Under the pieces are notes generated by a model that saw nothing but the letters and a program-made list of their open reading frames with translations, searched no databases and had not been told where the DNA came from. DNA of 57,151 nt from an uncultured Syntrophaceae bacterium (lineage in GTDB: Bacteria > Desulfobacterota > Syntrophia > Syntrophales > UBA2210): positions 1 through 57,151 of the forward strand of contig CAZNBR010000002.1 of NCBI GenBank assembly GCA_964571315.1, written 5' to 3'. Numbering within the stretch: the stretch's first letter is position 1; the number at the start of each line of letters is the position of its first letter. Position numbers and translations under genes: made by a program. Shown one piece after another: positions 25,385 to 35,273 of this stretch.

Positions 25385-27837
25385 GTATCCGCTCCCTCAA
25401 TCAATGTGGCCCGATTTGTATCATTCATGTTCTTCATGCTCGTATCGATGTCTCCTTCTTTTACTCTTTCAGCACGAATTAGATAGGAGAGGACCTTTTC
25501 ACATATCATCGCTTCATCCTTTCTTCCTGAGCCTGCGAAATGCCGCAATAATATAAGAACAAGACGACCGACGTCAGAAAAATCCTGGATTTCAAAATCT
25601 ATCTCTATTTCTTCCTGTTCGATGATCTGTCTGGAGACTTCAAAAAACGCTTTCCACTGATCAGCCCTTGCAAATGCATAAAGACCAGCCATGTGATATT
25701 TAGTATCCAGTGGATTTCTTTCGAGGGCCTGGGCAATATGGTCTATCCCCTTGGCAATCTGACCCGTCTCCAACAGAGAAAACCCACTGTAGTAGAAAAT
25801 CTCCGATACAGCTTCCGAGTCCACAATGTCAAAGCTATGGTCGATCAATTTTGCCACAGCCCCATGTACCTCACCATACCGTTCCTCTTTTAAGCAAATT
25901 TCTGCCAGGGCAAGGTGAAGCGCGAGCGAGTCGGGAGAATCTTTAAGCGCTTTTCTAATGATCCTCTCGGAACAGTTGTAAAGATTCTGTTTTGTGTAAA
26001 GCATGGCAACCTTTGCTACCAGCCCAGGGTTTGCCTGTTCGAGCCTCTCAAACCACGAACAGGCCTCTTCAAGATCCCCCAATCTCAGGAAAAACAATCC
26101 TCCCTCAAGGATATCTGCCGGGCTCTCAATGACATGAAAAGATTTTTTGACTGCTTTTATCTTTCTTGCATTCCTGAATTCCTTGTTTACATTGCCATGC
26201 GTAATGTTAAACAATTGGACGGTTGCTATCTCCATATGTATATGACGGAGTGACGGTTCCACTGACTCAAATGCGGCTCCCGAAAAAAACACCTCACGCA
26301 GACGCGGAAAGAGCCGCACTCTATATTCAATTGGTTCCTGTTTGAGTAGTCTATTCAGATAAGAAGCCGACATGTTCTGGGTGGTCTCCTCAAGCGCAAT
26401 CTTTAATCTGTAAGCGACATTACAGCTTCGTGGAAGGAGCTTTTTAAATAAGGCCACGTTTAATCGATCTCGGACATGAATGAATTCATCGGCGTCAAGG
26501 GTAAAAACGTAATCACTCTGTGCTTCTTCCAGAGCACTGTTCCTTGCAGCCGAAAAGTCATCGTTCCATTGCGATTCGATTACTCTCCCTCCATACTCTC
26601 TCACGATTTCCATGGTTCTGTCAGATGAGCCTGTATCCACAACGACTATCTCATCAACAATATTTTTCACTGATGCCAGTGTCTTTTCGATAGTATTTTC
26701 TTCATCTTTGGCGATCATGCACAGACCCACCGTCAATGGTCGCCATTCGTCGCCTTTAATGATAGAAAGGATAAGCTGATGAAAGGTATCTGGTTGCATC
26801 TCAATCGATTTTTCAATAAACGAGGCCGCTTTTTCTCTCTCCCCTTTAATGAGATACAATTTGCCAATGGTTGCGAAGATATCCGGATCCATGGAAAGTT
26901 CAATCGCCTTTTCATAACAGGAGATCGCTTCATCCAGTAAGAAGAGGTTCGCGTTAATTATACCACCCGCAGTGTGAATCCTCTTTGTCTCTTCACCGTT
27001 TCGGTTTCTGACCCACGCTTCGAGAAGGTCTTTTGATTCTCTGTAATCTCCTTTTCGATTGAGGAATTCGAGCATAGGAAGGTACATGGCGTCGATTCCG
27101 AAACCCCGTTCAGCGTTTTCCATAAAACCGTCTAGGTAGCCCTTATGAAGTATTCTAAAACCTATGTAAGCAGAGCTGAGCTCATCCAGATCCTCTCCGG
27201 GAGCAGGTCCGTAGTAGATCTCATTTGATAAACAACGCCTGTCATGTTCCTTCTGATCTTCCTGCTCTTGTGATTCTTTTTCTGTAGAAATAGGTTCGAT
27301 GAGCAGGCTGGCGGCTGTTTTTGATCCATTGAACGGAATCTTGCGTTGATGACCGAGCAGGACATTCAGGCACTCATTAGCAAAATCTGTTCTGACTAGT
27401 CGAACCTCATCTCTTGTGACACAAGCGGAATCAACAACCCAATCATACTGCCCCAGATTGCCTATCAACTGATAGTTTTTAAGCAGAGAGGTTGTGTCAT
27501 CCTTTATACGAATCCAATATCCAGCACAGGTTTTGTCGCTCAATAAGGAATAAAGCTTTTCCGGAGACGAAAAGTTGAATCGTTCATTTGTCTTCAGAAA
27601 CAGCACCCACTCAGATTGCACTGTGGATTGAAGAGAATCCGGATCCACCGGATGTGCGCCAAGCTCAGCTGCTCTCGATCGAACATCTCTTGAACCGGAA
27701 TCAACAAAAAAAACCTTCGCTGCCAATTTTGCAGCAAGTCTTACACAGTCGACGAACTCCGGCACACACTCATTTCCGAAAATACAAATCGATAGGACCT
27801 CTTTCAATTTTGAATTCACAGGCATTCTACTCCTCAT
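25381..27837 (-). CDS. 818-aa multidomain protein: degenerate GT2-like, TPR, intact GT2, TPR
   Basis: The central domain LCMIAKDEENTIEKTLASVKNIVDEIVVVDTGSSDRTMEIV...YVFTLDADEF is a complete GT-A/DxD. The N-terminal domain LSICIFGNE...VFFVDSGSRDV...WVLFLKTNERF keeps the fold signature but lacks DxD. TPR-like repeats flank the intact domain. Confidence 0.85.
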   Translation of the reverse strand: MRSRMPVNSKLKEVLSICIFGNECVPEFVDCVRLAAKLAAKVFFVDSGSRDVRSRAAELGAHPVDPDSLQSTVQSEWVLFLKTNERFNFSSPEKLYSLLSDKTCAGYWIRIKDDTTSLLKNYQLIGNLGQYDWVVDSACVTRDEVRLVRTDFANECLNVLLGHQRKIPFNGSKTAASLLIEPISTEKESQEQEDQKEHDRRCLSNEIYYGPAPGEDLDELSSAYIGFRILHKGYLDGFMENAERGFGIDAMYLPMLEFLNRKGDYRESKDLLEAWVRNRNGEETKRIHTAGGIINANLFLLDEAISCYEKAIELSMDPDIFATIGKLYLIKGEREKAASFIEKSIEMQPDTFHQLILSIIKGDEWRPLTVGLCMIAKDEENTIEKTLASVKNIVDEIVVVDTGSSDRTMEIVREYGGRVIESQWNDDFSAARNSALEEAQSDYVFTLDADEFIHVRDRLNVALFKKLLPRSCNVAYRLKIALEETTQNMSASYLNRLLKQEPIEYRVRLFPRLREVFFSGAAFESVEPSLRHIHMEIATVQLFNITHGNVNKEFRNARKIKAVKKSFHVIESPADILEGGLFFLRLGDLEEACSWFERLEQANPGLVAKVAMLYTKQNLYNCSERIIRKALKDSPDSLALHLALAEICLKEERYGEVHGAVAKLIDHSFDIVDSEAVSEIFYYSGFSLLETGQIAKGIDHIAQALERNPLDTKYHMAGLYAFARADQWKAFFEVSRQIIEQEEIEIDFEIQDFSDVGRLVLILLRHFAGSGRKDEAMICEKVLSYLIRAERVKEGDIDTSMKNMNDTNRATLIEGADT

Positions 27838-27902
27838 ATCTCCCCTTATTCAGGTTGCCATTCAGCCAGCTTTGCATAATGGATCATTTAACATATCCAG
27901 AT

Positions 27903-28583
27903 TCAGCATATATGCCGGATTAACTGAAACGCCTCAGCCGCATCCAACCCTGCTACGCTTCCCCACCGTCTTGCATTAGCCCGCAGTGATTCGGAAGAGC
28001 GAGGGTGTGGAAAAGATCGAACTTCGCTTTCGTACATTAACATCGCATTAACCTTGGTCTCCAGTGTGGTATTGATGTCCACGAACATGGTGGGATGAAA
28101 AGGTGGTTGTAACTGGTTAAATGCCCACTCGGTTGAAGAGGGTACTTCAAAGGCATAGATTTTTCTTACCAGACAGTCGATCACGGGGCGTGAGGCTGTC
28201 AGCACGGCCCGATGCACTACCATGTGATCAACGTTCAAGTCGCCTCCATGATGTGTATAGATGACCTCCGGTTTCAGACGTTCTATAAGCTCTTCAACGA
28301 TCTTTATTACATCGAGCAACGGTACGGTATCAAAGCGGTTGTCCGGCAGATCGTATGTGAAGAGTTCCGTTACGCCTAGTAACTCAGCCACCTTTTGGCT
28401 GCGAGCGTGAAGCGCATCGACCAGTGTCTGATCGGCCCCTTCTCTATGTTCAAAACGGGAGGTGATTCCTTCTCCCAGGATAGCGATGTAGACGGTATTT
28501 CCTTCCCGGGTCATCCTGGCAATAGTGCCTCCACAGCCGAGGACTTCATCATCGGGATGGGCGACTACGATCAACACATCCAT
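27903..28583 (-). CDS. PIG-L/LmbE-family N-deacetylase
   Basis: MDVLIVVAHPDDEVLGCGGTIARM (AHPDDE signature) and HHGGDLNVDH. Start ATG 28583 overlaps the upstream stop (TAATG). Confidence 0.85.
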   Translation of the reverse strand: MDVLIVVAHPDDEVLGCGGTIARMTREGNTVYIAILGEGITSRFEHREGADQTLVDALHARSQKVAELLGVTELFTYDLPDNRFDTVPLLDVIKIVEELIERLKPEVIYTHHGGDLNVDHMVVHRAVLTASRPVIDCLVRKIYAFEVPSSTEWAFNQLQPPFHPTMFVDINTTLETKVNAMLMYESEVRSFPHPRSSESLRANARRWGSVAGLDAAEAFQLIRHIC

Positions 28584-29365
28584 TACAGCGCACCTCTCTT
28601 TTTGAAATTTTTGTACCAGGAAACAATGAGCGTGCATGCACTTTGAGACGCGGCCGCGACAAGGCCCTCGTATTTATTGTCACCATCAAATCGTATCTTC
28701 TCGCCACGACAATCCCTCATGACCCCTCTCGCTTCTTCGAGGACCAGTTGCGGGGCCGCTATATCCCAGTCTCTTACGATTACGTTTTTAAAGAATATAT
28801 CTGCTGTACCATCGGCAACTTTGCATATTTTCAAAGAAATGCTTCCGCATTCGATGTATCTAAGAAAATTCAAGTCTTCATAGGCCGCGCGCGCGACACC
28901 CCTGGGTTCGGGGTAGTTGTCGATCAGTATTGTTGGGTTCCTGTCAGAAGAAAGATGCAGTGGTCGGCCGTTAAGGGTGGCACCTTGTCCTCGTCTGGCA
29001 AGATAAAGAGAACCGAGGACAGGAGCATAGATTGCAGCCATGCAAGGATAACTGTTTTTAATAAGTGCCGCCTGTGTAACAAAGCCTGGAAAACCACCGA
29101 CAAAACTCGCCGTACCGTCAATCGGATCAATAAGCCAGTAATAGTCGGGCCGATTTCGAACAATCGTGTCCGTATCTTCCTCACTTATGATTGGAATGTG
29201 AGGTGCAATATCTTTTAACCGATTTGTGAGGGCCACATGTGCCATCTGGTCGACCTTAGCTTTAAATTGGTAACCCTCCCATGTCCCTTCGAATATTTCA
29301 GCATTGCGCCATTTTAACAGCAATTCACCGATATCATAAACAATGTTTGCAAGTTGTCTGATCAT
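28583..29365 (-). CDS. Inositol-monophosphatase/CysQ-family phosphatase
   Basis: 260 aa. Metal-binding motifs IISEED, WLIDPIDGTASF and WDIAAPQLVLEEA. Confidence 0.8.
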   Translation of the reverse strand: MIRQLANIVYDIGELLLKWRNAEIFEGTWEGYQFKAKVDQMAHVALTNRLKDIAPHIPIISEEDTDTIVRNRPDYYWLIDPIDGTASFVGGFPGFVTQAALIKNSYPCMAAIYAPVLGSLYLARRGQGATLNGRPLHLSSDRNPTILIDNYPEPRGVARAAYEDLNFLRYIECGSISLKICKVADGTADIFFKNVIVRDWDIAAPQLVLEEARGVMRDCRGEKIRFDGDNKYEGLVAAASQSACTLIVSWYKNFKKRGAL

Positions 29366-30093
29366 TTCTTAATTAAATATGCTGTAGGCTGACGTGCAAA
29401 TGGGATGTTATGCATCGCATACTCACCGGCACCGGCATCGGCAAGAAATTCTACGAGAGCTTTCCCCTCTCCCGGCCAGAAGTTCGTTAATGCCTCGTCA
29501 AAAACTATAATCCCACCGGGGGCTAGTCGTTTTCCCACATATTCAAGTGCAACCCTGCATGGTTCGTAAAGATCGAAATCTATATAAACGAGAGAAAACA
29601 TAATATGTGGATAATCTTTTTCAAACTGCGGAATGGTTTCTAGCGCATCCCCTTTAATAATGTGGACCCATTCATCCATACCGAAGAAATCAATTATGGT
29701 TCTAAGCACTTCTTCATTGCCTTTGTATTTCCCGGAAGAATCTCGGGCATCGCCATCCTCGGATGTAAATGTCTGCAAACCCTCAAAGCTGTCGAAACCA
29801 TATACATGCTTATATGTATTAGGTTGGAGTAATTGAAGAACCTTCGCCATAGACATTAAATTGGCTCCGTTCCAACAGCCGAACTCAACAAGATGCCCCG
29901 GTATATTGATACATTGCTTCATAATTTCAAAAACAGCAAGATGATGGCCCATCGTCTGTATGCCGACATAAAGACCAAAGTGGTCAATAATTTGCCAGAG
30001 GTTAGGAAGATTCAACTTTTCCGATAGATCATGACGCTTTGATAAGTAAATCTGGTCGTTACGTTGAAACTTTTCTATTCTTTTTTCAGGCAT
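29362..30093 (-). CDS. TylF/MycF-like class I SAM-dependent O-methyltransferase
   Basis: 243 aa. GHLVEFGCWNGANLMSM (SAM motif I) and YIDFDLYEP (metal/substrate motif of the macrocin-O-methyltransferase family). Confidence 0.75.
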   Translation of the reverse strand: MPEKRIEKFQRNDQIYLSKRHDLSEKLNLPNLWQIIDHFGLYVGIQTMGHHLAVFEIMKQCINIPGHLVEFGCWNGANLMSMAKVLQLLQPNTYKHVYGFDSFEGLQTFTSEDGDARDSSGKYKGNEEVLRTIIDFFGMDEWVHIIKGDALETIPQFEKDYPHIMFSLVYIDFDLYEPCRVALEYVGKRLAPGGIIVFDEALTNFWPGEGKALVEFLADAGAGEYAMHNIPFARQPTAYLIKK

Positions 30094-30124
30094 GCTAAAT
30101 CTCCTTTTATTTATGTGTTCTAAA

Positions 30125-31039
30125 CTAATTCTGTAAATTGCTTATCATTGTTGAGAGCCTTTCACGACGCGATACGGCCCTCCATCCCAAAACAGAATTC
30201 GCCTTTGAAGAATCCATGCACACAGTTGGCTGCGGTACACCAGAAAAATGCACCTTACAACCCGGAACAAGTTCCGCAATGGAATCTGCCAGTATATTCA
30301 GGTTGCACGCTTCACCAGTCGAAATATTAAGGCAGTTCCATTGAAGACCACCGAAATATATTGTTTTTTCAATGGCGCTAACCACATCATCAATATGAAT
30401 CACATCGAGGGGTAACGGAAGGTCCGCCTGCACATCAATCTTCCCCTTTTGTAGAGCAGACTTGCAAAACCCATAAACAACGCCTTCGGTTCGATTTTCA
30501 CCGTAAAGTCCAGGAAAACGGAGTACTGTAACAGCAATGCCCTGTCGTACACCGATCTGAAGCAGCTGTTCTGCACAAAGTTTACTGGCTGCGTAATGTT
30601 CGAGGGGATCACACAGAGATTCTTCGGTAAGTATATCACGTGCAGGCATACCATAGACTGCTTGTGATGAAGCAAACACGAGATGTTTCACTCCCTTTTG
30701 AAGACAATAATCAAGAATATTTGCAGTCGAAATGACGTTCGCCAAATAAATTGATGAAACATCTTCACGTCCAGGCACGGGGGGTAGATGAATAGATTCA
30801 GAATTTGCTACTAGAGATATCTCAATACGTCCAGCCAGATGGACGAGCGTTTGTGGAACCTGCACATGCTTTTTAAGTTGCAGCATATGTTCTGGCTTTA
30901 TAAGGTCAGCTTCCCATTTATGCTTCTTAATTTTCAATTCTGAACTGCGATACAATGGCACAACTTCTATCCCTTCAGATAGTAAACGGTCGACAAGATG
31001 ACGTCCAAGAAAACCACCGGCGCCCGTTACAAGAATCAT
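30125..31039 (-). CDS. NAD-dependent sugar epimerase/dehydratase (extended SDR)
   Basis: MILVTGAGGFLGRHLVDRL Rossmann motif and YAASKLCAE (YxxxK). Confidence 0.85.
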   Translation of the reverse strand: MILVTGAGGFLGRHLVDRLLSEGIEVVPLYRSSELKIKKHKWEADLIKPEHMLQLKKHVQVPQTLVHLAGRIEISLVANSESIHLPPVPGREDVSSIYLANVISTANILDYCLQKGVKHLVFASSQAVYGMPARDILTEESLCDPLEHYAASKLCAEQLLQIGVRQGIAVTVLRFPGLYGENRTEGVVYGFCKSALQKGKIDVQADLPLPLDVIHIDDVVSAIEKTIYFGGLQWNCLNISTGEACNLNILADSIAELVPGCKVHFSGVPQPTVCMDSSKANSVLGWRAVSRRERLSTMISNLQN

Positions 31040-32061
31040 GATCGTTGGCCTCCAAAGATATTATCATTTCGAGAATTAAAATCAGATTCATCAATAAATT
31101 CATCGAGCGTCTGACGTACTAAAACAACACCTTCACGCCATTCACCAAAATTATAGCAATTTCTTCCGTTAACAGCCTGTTTGACGAGCCCTCCCAATTC
31201 ATCTATGCCCGCTGCAGTGGTCAGTGAAATCGTCGTTGAGAATCGTGGGTTTATCTCAAAGGGAACTGGTTCTCCGGTATCCTCGTCAACTCGCAATTGC
31301 ACATTAAAGGGACCATCTGCTTGCAAGCATACTTGTATTTCTCTGCAAAGCTGATCAATTTTATTGTTTTGCCTTGTAACGGCCAAATGAGTTATTCCTT
31401 TTTTACTAATAACCTCTTTAGGAACGACTGCCTGTACTTTTCCATCCCGCCAAGCAACAACAGACACAGTGAATTCAGGGCCTTGGATGTTCTCTTGAAG
31501 GATTAATTCATCCTCTGAATAAGGGCTGTTTCTAAGATAAGAATGCAACATTTCATTCGACTCAATTATTCCTAAACCGCGACTCCCTCTGCCTGTACGC
31601 GGTTTAACTACTATAGGAAATCGCATCTGATCAGGTCCTTCGCTTGCAAGTCTGGTATAGGGAACATTAATGTTGAATTTACCTAATTGCTGCATCAGTG
31701 AAAACTTATCTAAGCAAAGAGCAACGAATTCTTGCCTGGGCAACATTACAATTATACCCTCGTCCTCAAGCTTCGAAGTGGCCATCAATTCTTCATCAAC
31801 AAGAGGAACGACAACGTTAACCTTTTCTTGACGGCAGATCCGGCGGAGTGTCGGCAAGAAGTTTGGAGATTTCCCAGGGGGTATTATGAATCCAGTGTCT
31901 GCTATAAATAGTCCAATAGCATATTTATCCATATCAGCGGCTAAAACCCGATAGCCATCATTGCGAAGACCTTTAATGAGTCCGGGTAATGCCGCGCCGC
32001 CAGCTCCCGTCAACATTACAGTTGTCATATGATTTATTCCTTCCCTCCAACCAAATCCCAA
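31036..32061 (-). CDS. ATP-grasp family ligase
   Basis: 341 aa. N-terminal pre-ATP-grasp Rossmann (VMLTGAGGAALPGLIKGL), FPIVVKPRTGRGSRGLGII, and EINPRFSTTISLT (Mg-ATP site). The alternative start ATG 32028 removes the overlap with pseI. Confidence 0.75.
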   Translation of the reverse strand: MGFGWREGINHMTTVMLTGAGGAALPGLIKGLRNDGYRVLAADMDKYAIGLFIADTGFIIPPGKSPNFLPTLRRICRQEKVNVVVPLVDEELMATSKLEDEGIIVMLPRQEFVALCLDKFSLMQQLGKFNINVPYTRLASEGPDQMRFPIVVKPRTGRGSRGLGIIESNEMLHSYLRNSPYSEDELILQENIQGPEFTVSVVAWRDGKVQAVVPKEVISKKGITHLAVTRQNNKIDQLCREIQVCLQADGPFNVQLRVDEDTGEPVPFEINPRFSTTISLTTAAGIDELGGLVKQAVNGRNCYNFGEWREGVVLVRQTLDEFIDESDFNSRNDNIFGGQRS

Positions 32062-33095
32062 GAAAGTGGAGTCCCTCGCTCGATATTACAGGTAGCATAA
32101 CGTCCTATGATATTATTAAAAAAGCGAACCGAAAGACCATAACCTGGACGGATAGACTTAATATTTTCGGCCGAAAACGCTTCTCCTTTGCTCATATCTT
32201 TCACTACAAAAAGAGACCGTCGAAAGACCCTGCTTGGGGCTTCACGTTTACTTGCTCCATAATACACCGAGCCTAATGCCTTTTCTGCTGTGCGCACTGC
32301 ATCGACCATGGCACGAAAGTCGTGAGGTTCGAGCGAGAAAGCGCTATCCAGGCCGGGAATGTCCCGGGACAAAGTAAAGTGCTTTTCCACGATGCAGGCT
32401 CCAAGAGACACGGCAGCCACCGGTACAGCAATACCCAATGTATGATCAGAAAGCCCGGATGGTACTCCAAAGGTCTCCGCCAAGTGGGGGATGGTACGCA
32501 GGTTCATCTCTTCCGGCGGAGCAGGATAGGCGCTGTTACATTTCAACAGGGCTATCTGGGTCGCCCCCGCCTTCCGAGCCCGCCGAACTGCTTCGTCAAT
32601 TTCTGCAAGATCAGCCATCCCGGTCGAGATAATTAGTGGTTTTCCTGTACTGCCCATCTTCTCAATCAGCGACAGATCGGTAATTTCAAATGATGCAATC
32701 TTATGAACGGGCACATCCATCTCCTCCAGGAAATCTACACTTGTGGCGTCTACAGCGGCAGAAAATAAATCTAATCCAACTTTGTTTGCAATTTTCTTCA
32801 GCTTGGGTTGCCATTCCCAAGGCATATAGGCCTCGCCATACAAATCATAAAGCGTCCGTCCATCCCAGAGTGTTCCTCCATCAACACGAAAATATTTTTT
32901 GTCTGACTGTATTGTGTGCGTATCTGGAGTGAAGGTTTGCAGCTTCACTGCGTCTGCACCAGCTTCTTTGGCAGCTTTAATAATTTTTACCGCCTGATCA
33001 AAATCCTGATTATGGTTAGCCGACATCTCGGCAATGATGTACGTCGGTAAGCCGAACCCGATTCTACGGCCATTTATTTCAATAAACGGTTTCAT
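32034..33095 (-). CDS. pseI: Pseudaminic acid synthase (NeuB family)
   Basis: 353 aa. PTYIIAEMSANHNQDFDQAVKIIKAAKEAGADAVKLQTF, LSDHTLG, and a C-terminal SAF/antifreeze-like domain. PseI is preferred over NeuB/LegI from the PseB/C/G/H context. Confidence 0.85.
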   Translation of the reverse strand: MKPFIEINGRRIGFGLPTYIIAEMSANHNQDFDQAVKIIKAAKEAGADAVKLQTFTPDTHTIQSDKKYFRVDGGTLWDGRTLYDLYGEAYMPWEWQPKLKKIANKVGLDLFSAAVDATSVDFLEEMDVPVHKIASFEITDLSLIEKMGSTGKPLIISTGMADLAEIDEAVRRARKAGATQIALLKCNSAYPAPPEEMNLRTIPHLAETFGVPSGLSDHTLGIAVPVAAVSLGACIVEKHFTLSRDIPGLDSAFSLEPHDFRAMVDAVRTAEKALGSVYYGASKREAPSRVFRRSLFVVKDMSKGEAFSAENIKSIRPGYGLSVRFFNNIIGRYATCNIERGTPLSWDLVGGKE

Positions 33096-33101
33096 TGTTT
33101 C

Positions 33102-35264
33102 CTATCCTTTTTCAACCTTCAGCAGATACCGTGCGCCATCAAGTTCAAAATATGCCGGGTATCGTTCGTTATCCACTACACGAAGAAGATTAAACTGTTC
33201 CCGGATTGTCTTATCGGGATCAAATCTTGAATCGTCCGGACCACGCTTTTTATAATAAGATGATTTGCCAGACTGATCTGTCCCTCTTGAAATAATCCCG
33301 GGGTAACCTTCGACAAAAGATACACACATTTTAATGGTGTATTCAGCCTGTTTTTGCCTCAGTTCTTCTACCAGCTCTGTCCCGTTAAAATGCATTGTGT
33401 CACGAATGTATATTTTTCCACTATCTACGGATTTTTCAGCCTCAAACAAAGTTATCGGAATCTCATTCTTGCCTTCAAGAATTTGCCAGGTCAGCGGCGA
33501 CCAACCTTTTCCCCGAGGCAGAGCACTTTCATGCACAACAAGATTATATTTGTTTCTTGATAAAATATCCGGTGGCACAATCTGTCCGCATCCCAGGCAA
33601 AAGACAATATCGCCTTCTTTAATTTGTGAAACATTATGTTCCCAGACAACAGTATGACCCAATAAGACAAATTCTGAGATCAAGTTTGGTATATATGCAT
33701 TTATCCAGCTTTCCTTATCGGAAAGAATTGTAATTGATAAACGATGTGTGTGTGTGTTGGTTACATCATTTTCATCAATGGCTTTCTCGCCGGCTCCAAG
33801 AAACCCGACACCCTGAACAGCCCGATTTGACGGTTCATTTTCCCTTTTGACACATCTCTGAATCGTTATAGTCTTTTCTTCTTCTGCGCAAAAGAGTCCA
33901 ATTCCTCTTTTCAGAAGTATTTTCCCCAATCCCATCTCTCGAAAATCTTTATCAATTGAATAATCAACCTCAACAATTAAATCCTTAATATCAAAACGGA
34001 TCTGACCTATAGGAACATCATGACTGTTTAATGCTATATATTGGATACAGTTGGAATCACTTCGCTTATCAGAAAACCACATCAGATGGTCTTCCCATGC
34101 AATATTTTTAGAATTGAACGCCGCTTGCCGCACTGCAGTATCGTTTGCCCATTTCCAAAGAAGTTCACAGTCATTTTCTTGTGCTCTGCGTAATTTTATC
34201 TGCCCGGCAAGCATAGCTCTTATGATCTTTTGTCTGCCTTTGCCATTTACTAGCTTTTGTCCTTGTTCAGAAAAACGCGACCTTTTGTTCTTGTCTTGTA
34301 AAATTTCTTTTAATGCCTGGACATATTGTTTGATCGAGATATTTTCGTGCCACCCCGAATCAATAGCGGTGCCAGCCTTGTCCAATCCTTCTGCGATGCC
34401 AGCCTGATTATCGGCGACAGTTATAATTAAACTCGGCAAACCCATAAACGCAAGTTCCCAGCATGTGCTCCCTGCCGCAGAAACTGCCACGTCGGCCCAT
34501 GCCATAAGCTCTGGCATGTTGCTGACGTCGGGTAAATGGTGGACGGTAAACGGTGAACAGAGAAGCTCCTTTCTAAGGCTTTCAGTATTCGGATTTACGG
34601 AACCGATGACAATTTTCACTTCAAGATCCGGATTATTCAAACTATTCAAAGCCCTTATAACTTTCAACGTCACATTATCCGGATCTGAGCCACCCATCGT
34701 TACCAGAATTTTCTTTGCCTTATCGGGAATCTCCCGTTTCCAATCCTTATACTTTAGAAATTCCCTGCGAAGTAAAGCATATTCACAGCCCAAAAGTTTC
34801 ACTGTCTCCCCGTCACAGGAGTAGTTTAGACTTGGAGCATGAATGTTCTGATTGAGCAACATATCCGCGTGGTAATGATCCTGATGGGCCATGTCGTCAA
34901 TAACCAGCAGTCTGTAACCATTTTTTCTTATGGCTTTCTGGTAATCCGGGGTGAAGTGGTAGCCGTCGAGGACAAGCCATGGACTTGCAGTTGATGGCTG
35001 CCGACTGATAGCTGATAAGCCTTCTAGTGTGGAGTGCAAATCACTCGGATGAGGGTGCTGTTTTTCTATCGAGATAAAATTACAGCCTTCATCAATAATA
35101 CGCTGGCGCAAGGCTTTGCTATCACAGCGGCTCAGAAAAGTTACATCGCCGCCTCGATCCTGCCAGGCCTGGGCCAATGCGATACAGCGCATTACGTGGC
35201 CTGTACCCGTACGAGTGTCAGCATCGGCCCTAATTACCAGATTTTTGTGCGTTATGGTCATCAA
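33102..35264 (-). CDS. pseG: Triple fusion: PseG-like UDP-sugar hydrolase, GNAT N-acetyltransferase (PseH-like) and formyltransferase domain
   Basis: 720 aa. N-terminal LVIRADADTRTGTGHVMRCIALAQAW...GGSDPDN...AAGSTCWELAFMGLP (PseG/GT28-like). Middle LRRAQENDCELLWKWANDTAVRQAAF...REMGLGKILL (GNAT). C-terminal DIVFCLGCGQIVPPDIL..NLVVHESALPRGKGWSPLTWQILEG (Fmt/PurN-type formyltransferase core, H-E-S/ALP-x-G-x-G). Confidence 0.85.
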   Translation of the reverse strand: MMTITHKNLVIRADADTRTGTGHVMRCIALAQAWQDRGGDVTFLSRCDSKALRQRIIDEGCNFISIEKQHPHPSDLHSTLEGLSAISRQPSTASPWLVLDGYHFTPDYQKAIRKNGYRLLVIDDMAHQDHYHADMLLNQNIHAPSLNYSCDGETVKLLGCEYALLRREFLKYKDWKREIPDKAKKILVTMGGSDPDNVTLKVIRALNSLNNPDLEVKIVIGSVNPNTESLRKELLCSPFTVHHLPDVSNMPELMAWADVAVSAAGSTCWELAFMGLPSLIITVADNQAGIAEGLDKAGTAIDSGWHENISIKQYVQALKEILQDKNKRSRFSEQGQKLVNGKGRQKIIRAMLAGQIKLRRAQENDCELLWKWANDTAVRQAAFNSKNIAWEDHLMWFSDKRSDSNCIQYIALNSHDVPIGQIRFDIKDLIVEVDYSIDKDFREMGLGKILLKRGIGLFCAEEEKTITIQRCVKRENEPSNRAVQGVGFLGAGEKAIDENDVTNTHTHRLSITILSDKESWINAYIPNLISEFVLLGHTVVWEHNVSQIKEGDIVFCLGCGQIVPPDILSRNKYNLVVHESALPRGKGWSPLTWQILEGKNEIPITLFEAEKSVDSGKIYIRDTMHFNGTELVEELRQKQAEYTIKMCVSFVEGYPGIISRGTDQSGKSSYYKKRGPDDSRFDPDKTIREQFNLLRVVDNERYPAYFELDGARYLLKVEKG

Positions 35265-35273
35265 TCTAATATC

